Part shown: in pieces, positions 55,528-64,000 of the stretch
How the letters are laid out: every line of letters begins with the position of its first letter
How positions within the stretch are numbered: the stretch's first letter is position 1
Origin: Eledone cirrhosa
Taxonomy: Eukaryota
DNA: 64,000 bases
Direction of reading: 5' to 3'
Assembly (NCBI GenBank): GCA_964016885.1
Contig: OZ024750.1
Span: 27,528,001-27,592,000, forward strand
Made by a program: the position numbers and the translations under genes
Notes under the pieces: model-generated
The model's database searches: none
What the model was told of the DNA's origin: nothing
The model's input: the letters and a program-made list of their open reading frames with translations, nothing else

Positions 55528-56053
55528 TGTGTGTAAAAAAAACAACTCCTATATATATACACAAACATACACATACATACACACATACATACATACACAC
55601 ATACATATGCATACATACATGCATTCACACATATATACACAGATACATAAATACATACATACATACATTCACACACATACATACATACATACATACATAC
55701 ATACATACATACATACATACATACATACATACATACATACTTATACACATATATACAGACATACATTCACACACATATACATACATACATACATTCACAC
55801 ACACATATATGCCTATATACATACATACATACTTATATATACATACAAACATACATAGATGCATACATACAAACATACATACTTATACACATATACACAT
55901 ACATACATACATACATACATACCTACATACTTATATACACATGCATGTGTGCATGTGTATATATGTATGTAGGTATATATATATATATATATGTGTGTGT
56001 GTTTGTCCTCGTAATCCACCACGCCATCTACCCATCCACCCTAATTGCCAACA

Positions 56054-56096
<43 letters not shown>

Positions 56097-56113
56097 TTAC
56101 TACTACTACCACC

Positions 56114-56190
<77 letters not shown>

Positions 56191-56194
56191 AACA

Positions 56195-56262
<68 letters not shown>

Positions 56263-56399
56263 CACTACAACTACTACTACTACTACTCCTACTACTACTA
56301 TTACTACTACTACTGTTGCTGCTGTAACACCACGGGCCCCCAAAAAATAATTGCCATCATCACAGCCTTTTTAACTAGTGTATAAACATCAACACCATC

Positions 56400-57700
56400 A
56401 TCAAAACCACCACCACCACCATCACACCACCACTATTTTAGCCACCACCACCACCACCACTACTGCACCACCACTATTTTAGCCACCATCACCACCACTA
56501 TTTTAGCCACCACCTCCACCACCACTATTTCAGCCACCAATACCACCACCACTATTTTAGCCACCACTACCACCACCACCACCGCACCACCACTATTTTA
56601 GCCACCACCACCACCACTGCACCACCACTATTTTAGCCACCACCACCACACCATCACCACACCATCACCACACCACCACACCACCACACCACCACTACCT
56701 CCATAGTCAAGTTATTAACTGCATCAGGTTGTTTGTCACCATCATGAAATACACCCACTAACACTACCACTACCACCACCATCACTATCAACACCATAAC
56801 CACCACCACCACCATCACTATCAACACCATAACCACCACCACCACCACCATCACTATCAACACCATAACCACCACCACCACCACCACCATCACTATCAAC
56901 ACCATAACAACCACCACTACCACCACCATCACTATCAACACCATAACCACCACCACCACCACCACCATCACTATCAACACCATAACCACCACCACCACCA
57001 TCACTATCAACACCATAACCACCACCACCACCACCACCATCACTATCAACACCATAACAACTACCACTACCACCACCATCACTATCAACACCATAACCAC
57101 CACCACCACCACCACCATCACTATCAACACCATAACCACCACCACTACCACCACCATCACTATCAACACCATAACCACCACCACCACCACCACCATCACT
57201 ATCAACACCATAACCACCACCACCACCATCACTATCAACACCACCGTCACCACTACCACCACCACCACCGCCACTACCAACACTATCAACACCACCACCA
57301 CTACCGCCACCATCACTATCAACACCATATCCATCACCACTGACTCCACCACTATCAACACCATAACCACCACTACCACCACCATCACTATCAACACCAT
57401 AACCACCACCACCACCATCACTATCAACACCACCGTCACCACTACCACCACCACCACCGCCACTACCAACACTATCAACACCACCACCGCCACTACCAAC
57501 ACTATCAACACCACCACCACCACCACCACCACCATCACTATCAACACCACCGTCACCACTACCACCACCACCACCGCCACTACCAACACTATCAACACCA
57601 CCGCCACCACCGCCACCATCACTATCAACACCATATCCATCACCACCGACTCCACCACTATCAACACCATAACCACCGCAATCTAACCATCCCACCACCA
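56400..57700. repeat. (ACC)n-based minisatellites
   Basis: Units ACCACTATTTTAGCC(ACC)n, then (ACC)nATCACTATCAACACCATA. Confidence 0.9.
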
Positions 57701-58029
57701 CCACAACCACTACCATCACTACCGCTGCTGCGTGTTCATCATCATCATCATCATCACACGCTGACAGACAGACAGACAGACAGACAGACAAAAACACAGT
57801 CTGTCTAAAAGACACACAGCAACTCTCTTTCTCTCTTTCCCACATACACACAGGCTCACTACCGCTCTTTCTCACACATACACAAGCACTGTAGCACAGG
57901 CACATACACATATTCCCTAACACACTTACTGACAGACACACATACACAGGCACACACACACACTCACAAACCCTTTGTGTCTCTTACACACACACAAGCT
58001 CTATAACACAAACGCACATACTCTTTCTG

Positions 58030-61000
58030 TCCCACACACACACAGACAGGCTCACTCCCGCACACATAAACACTATAACAGACAGACACATACACTTTCT
58101 GTCTCTCACACACAGACACAGGCTCACTCACCCCCACACACACAGAGAAGCACTATAACAGACACACACATACTCTTTCTGTCTCTCACACACACAGACA
58201 GGCTCACTCACCCACACACACACACAGAAGCACTATAACAGACACACACATACTCTTTCTGTCTCTCACACACACAAACAGGCTCACTCCCCCCCCCCAC
58301 ACAGACGGGCGCACTCTCTCTCACACACACACAGACAGGCTCACTCTCTCTCACACACACACAGACAGGCTCACTCTCTCTCACACACACAGACAGGCTC
58401 ACTCTCTCTCACACACACAGAGAGCCTCACTGTCTTTCTCACACACACAGACAGGCTCACTCTCTCTCACACACACAGACAGGCCCACTGTCTCTCTCAC
58501 ACACAGACAGGCTCACTCTCTCTCACACACACACAGACAGCCTCACTGTCTCTCTCACACACACAGACAGGCTCACTCTCTCTCACACACACAGACAGCC
58601 TCACTGTCTCTCTCACACACACAGACAGGCTCACTCTCTCTCACACACAGACAGGCTCACTCTCTCTCACACACACAGACAGACAGGCTCACTGTCTCTC
58701 TCACACACACAGACAGGCTCACTCTCTCTCACTCACACACACACAGACAGGCTCACTCTCTCTCACACACACAGACAGGCTCACTGTCTCTCTCACACAC
58801 ACACAGACAGGCTCAGTCTCTCTCACACACACACAGACAGGCTCACTCTCTCTCACACACACAGACAGGTTCACTCTCTCTCACACACACAGACAGGCGC
58901 ACTCTCTCTCTCACACACACAGACAGGCTCACTGTCTCTCTCACACACACAGACAGGCTCACTCTCTCTCACACACACAGACAGGCTCAGTCTCTCTCAC
59001 ACACAGACAGGCTCACTCTCTCTCTTACACACACAGACAGGCTCACTCTCTCTCACACACATAGACAGGCTCAGTCTCTCTCACACACACAGACAGGCTC
59101 ACTCTCTCTCACTCACACACACACAGACAGGCTCACTCTCTCTCACACACACAGACAGGCTCACTGTCTCTCTCACACACACACAGACAGGCTCAGTCTC
59201 TCTCACACACACACAGACAGGCTCACTCTCTCTCACACACACAGACAGGTTCACTCTCTCTCACACACACAGACAGGCGCACTCTCTCTCTCACACACAC
59301 AGACAGGCTCACTGTCTCTCTCACACACACAGACAGGCTCACTCTCTCTCACACACACAGACAGGCTCAGTCTCTCTCACACACAGACAGGCTCACTCTC
59401 TCTCTTACACACACAGACAGGCTCACTCTCTCTCACACACATAGACAGGCTCAGTCTCTCTCACACGCACAGACAGGCTCACTCTCTCTCACACACACAG
59501 ACAGGCGCACTCTCTCTCTCACACAGACAGACAGGCTCACTGTCTCTCTCACACACACAAACAGGCTCACTCCCCCCCCCCCACACAGACGGGCGCACTC
59601 TCTCTCACACACACACAGACAGGCTCACTCTCTCTCACACACACACAGACAGGCTCACTCTCTCTCACACACACACAGACGGGCGCACTCTCTCTCACAC
59701 ACACAGACAGGCTCACTCTCTCTCACACACACAGAGAGCCTCACTGTCTTTCTCACACACACAGACAGGCTCACTCTCTCTCACACACACAGACAGGCCC
59801 ACTGTCTCTCTCACACACAGACAGGCTCACTCTCTCTCACACACACACAGACAGCCTCACTGTCTCTCTCACACACACAGACAGGCTCACTCTCTCTCAC
59901 ACACACAGACAGCCTCACTGTCTCTCTCACACACACAGACAGGCTCACTCTCTCTCACACACACAGACAGGCTCACTCTCTCTCACACACACAGACAGAC
60001 AGGCTCACTGTCTCTCTCACACACACAGACAGGCTCACTCTCTCTCACTCACACACACACAGACAGGCTCACTCTCTCTCACACACACAGACAGGCTCAC
60101 TGTCTCTCTCACACACACACAGACAGGCTCAGTCTCTCTCACACACACACAGACAGGCTCACTCTCTCTCACACACACAGACAGGTTCACTCTCTCTCAC
60201 ACACACAGACAGGCGCACTCTCTCTCTCACACACACAGACAGGCTCACTGTCTCTCTCACACACACAGACAGGCTCACTCTCTCTCACACACACAGACAG
60301 GCTCAGTCTCTCTCACACACAGACAGGCTCACTCTCTCTCTTACACACACAGACAGGCTCACTCTCTCTCACACACACAGACAGGCTCACTCTCTCTCAC
60401 TCACACACACACAGACAGGCTCACTCTCTCTCACACACACAGACAGGCTCACTGTCTCTCTCACACACACACAGACAGGCTCAGTCTCTCTCACACACAC
60501 ACAGACAGGCTCACTCTCTCTCACACACACAGACAGGTTCACTCTCTCTCACACACACAGACAGGCGCACTCTCTCTCTCACACACACAGACAGGCTCAC
60601 TGTCTCTCTCACACACACAGACAGGCTCACTCTCTCTCACACACACAGACAGGCTCAGTCTCTCTCACACACAGACAGGCTCACTCTCTCTCTTACACAC
60701 ACAGACAGGCTCACTCTCTCTCACACACATAGACAGGCTCAGTCTCTCTCACACGCACAGACAGGCTCACTCTCTCTCACACACACAGACAGGCGCACTC
60801 TCTCTCTCACACAGACAGACAGGCTCACTGTCTCTCTCACACACACAGACAGGCTCAGTCTCTCTCACACACAGACAGGCTCACTCTCTCTCGCACACAC
60901 AGACAGGCTCACTGTCTCTCTCTCACACACACAGACAGGCTCAGTCTCTCTCACACACATACAGGCTCACTCTCTCTCTCACACACAGACAGGCTCACTG

Positions 61001-63180
61001 TACACAGACAGGCTCAGTCTCTCTCACACACACAGACAGGCTCAGTCTCTCTCACACACACAGACAGGCTCAGTCTCTCTCACACACAGACATGCTCACT
61101 CTCTCTCTCACACACAGACAGGCTCAGTCTCTCTCACACACACAGACAGGCTCACTCTCTCTCACACACAGACAGGCGCACTCTCTCTCTCACACACAGA
61201 CAGGCTCACTGTCTCTCTCACACACAGACAGGCTCACTCTCTCTCTCACACACAGACAGGCTCAGTCTCTCTCACACACACAGACAGGCTCACTCTCTCT
61301 CACACACACAGACAGGCTCAGTCTCTCTCACACACAGACAGGCTCACTGTCTCTCTCACACACACACAGACAGGCTCAGTCTCTCTCACACACACAGACA
61401 GGCTCACTCTCTCTCACACACAGAGACAGGCTCACTGTCTCTCTCACACACACAGACAGGCTCACTCTCTCTCACACACACAGACAGCCTCACTGTCTCT
61501 CTCACACACACAGACAGGCTCACTCTCTCTCACACGCACAGACAGGCTCACTCTCTCTCACACACACAGACAGACAGATTCACTGTCTCTCTCACACACA
61601 AACAGGCTCACTCTCTCTCACACACAGACAGGCTCACTGTCTCTCTCACACACACACAGACAGGCTCAGTCTCTCTCACACACACAGACAGGCTCACTCT
61701 CTCTCACACACACAGACAGGCTCAGTCTCTCTCACACACAGACAGGCTCACTGTCTCTCTCACACACACACAGACAGGCTCAGTCTCTCTCACACACACA
61801 GACAGGCTCACTCTCTCTCACACACACAGACAGGCTCAGTCTCTCTCACACACACAGACAGGCTCACTGTCTCTCTCACACACACAGACAGGCTCAGTCT
61901 CTCTCACACACAGACAGGCTCACTCTCTCTCGCACACACAGACAGGCTCACTGTCTCTCTCACACACACAGACAGGCTCAGTCTCTCTCACACACAGACA
62001 GGCTCACTCTCTCTCTCACACACACAGACAGGCTCACTGTACACAGACAGGCTCACTCTCTCTCACACACACAGACAGGCTCACTCTCTCTCACACACAC
62101 AGACAGGCTCAGTCTCTCTCACACACAGACAGGCTCACTGTACACAGACAGGCTCACTCTCTCTCACACACACAGACAGGCTCACTCTCTCTCACACACA
62201 CAGACAGGCTCAGTCTCTCTCACACACACAGACAGGCTCAGTCTCTCTCACACACACAGACAGGCGCACTCTCTCTCTCACACACAGACAGGCTCAGTCT
62301 CTCTCACACACACAGACAGGCTCAGTCTCTCTCACACACACAGACAGGCTCACTCTCTCTCACACACACAGACAGGCTCACTCTCTCTCACACACACACA
62401 GACAGGCTCAGTCTCTCGCACACACACACACAGACAGGCTCAGTCTCTCTCACACACAGACAGGCTCACTGTCTCTCTCACACACACAGACAGGCGCACT
62501 CTCTCTCTCACACACACAGACAGGCGCACTCTCTCTCTCACACACACAGACAGGCTCACTCTCTCTCACACACACAGACAGGCTCAGTCTCTCTCACACA
62601 CACAGACAGGCTCAGTCTCTCTCGCAAAACACAGACAGGCTCACTGTCTCTCTCACACACAGACAGGCTCACTCTCTCTCACACACACAGACAGGCGCAC
62701 TCTCTCTCACAAAACACAGACAGGCTCACTCTCTCTCACACACACAGACAGGCTCAGTCTCTCTCACACACACAGACAGGCTCACTGTCTCTCTCACACA
62801 CACAGACAGGCTCACTGTCTCTCTCACACACACAGACAGGCGCACTCTCTCTCTCACACACACAGACAGGCGCACTCTCTCTCTCACACGCACAGACAGG
62901 CTCACTCTCTCTCACACACACAGACAGGCTCACTGTCTCTCTCACAAAACACAGACAGGCTCAGTCTCTCTCACAAAACACAGACAGGCTCAGTCTCTCA
63001 CACACACACAGACAGGCTCAGTCTCTCTCTCACACACACAGACAGCCTCACTCTCTCTCTCTCACACACACAGACAGGCTCACTGTCTCTCACACACACA
63101 CAGACAGCCTCACTCTCTCTCTCTCACACACACACAGACAGGCTCACCCTCACACACACACAGACAGGCTCACCCTCACA
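58030..63180. repeat. ~5-kb minisatellite with ~26-32-bp units
   Basis: Unit CACACACAGACAGGCTCA(C/G)T(C/G)TCTCTCT with variable (CA)/(CT) lengths and higher-order blocks. Confidence 0.95.
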
Positions 63181-63309
63181 CATACACACACACACACACA
63201 AGCACTATAACAGACATATACAGACAGTAACTGTCATCCATGTTTCATCTTGTAGGACAAACATTACCATCAACATATCTCATCTTTAGAAGATTTACTA
63301 CACATAGTG

Positions 63310-63357
<48 letters not shown>

Positions 63358-63594
63358 ACTGCTACTCCTGCTACTACTACTACTGTTGCTACTACTACTT
63401 TTGGCACCAAGGACACCATTACTACTGCTACTATTACCACCACTACTACCACTGTTACTGCCTACACAACCATCACTACTACTGGTACTATTAACACGAC
63501 CACAACCACTTCTGATACCACAACTTGTACTACTACTACTACTACTACAACTACTACTACTACTACTACTACTACAACTACTACTACTACTACA

Positions 63595-63656
<62 letters not shown>

Positions 63657-64000
63657 CACATTAGTACTTGTACTACAACTACCAACACAAGCAGCACTAC
63701 TACTGGTACTACTTCTACTAACACCACCTACATCACCATCACCACTAACACCACCACCATCACCACTAACACCACCATCACCACTAACACCACCACCACC
63801 ACCACCTCCCACATCACCACTAACACCACCACCACCCGCATCACCATCACCACTAACACCACCACCACCTTCATCACCATCACCAGTAACACCACCACCA
63901 CCACCACCTACATCACCATCACCACTAACACCACCACCATCACCACTAACACCACCATCACCACTAACACCACCACCACCACTAACACCACCACCTCCCA

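Noticed and set aside
56742-57959. 405-aa Gly-rich ORF with GGYGVDSDGGG repeats (superficially suckerin- or cuticle-like)
   Set aside because: It is the translation of an (ACC)n minisatellite that is also open in another frame; the N-terminus is microsatellite-derived and there is no signal peptide
61092-63230. 712-aa ORF
   Set aside because: Stop-free reading of a CA/CT minisatellite; no domain features

Overview
This is eukaryotic, AT-rich, microsatellite-saturated DNA, intergenic or intronic. The repeat families suggest an octopod cephalopod genome (inference). I can support no host protein-coding exon; nearly all ORF-track entries are translations of simple repeats. Identifiable content: (i) a near-full-length, disabled Tx1/L1-type non-LTR retrotransposon (25041-30742) plus three 3'-end copies, all co-oriented inside one (TATC)n tract; (ii) a 5'-truncated R4/Dong-type LINE; (iii) RTE fragments and a bipartite non-autonomous RTE; (iv) about 16 Meta/MESC-domain SINEs and other tRNA-SINEs; (v) MITEs, a Helitron and large minisatellites. 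The main hidden signal is roughly 30 full or partial type I hammerhead ribozyme (HHR) motifs (CTGANGA-stem II-GAAA-stem III-TH) from at least 8 sequence families. They lie in short non-coding elements inserted in (TA)n/(CA)n tracts, as ~320-bp tandem units or as fold-back palindromes whose apex often falls at the ribozyme. This resembles a dense Penelope-pLTR/retrozyme-like population. All folds were read by eye; none has been computed or tested.
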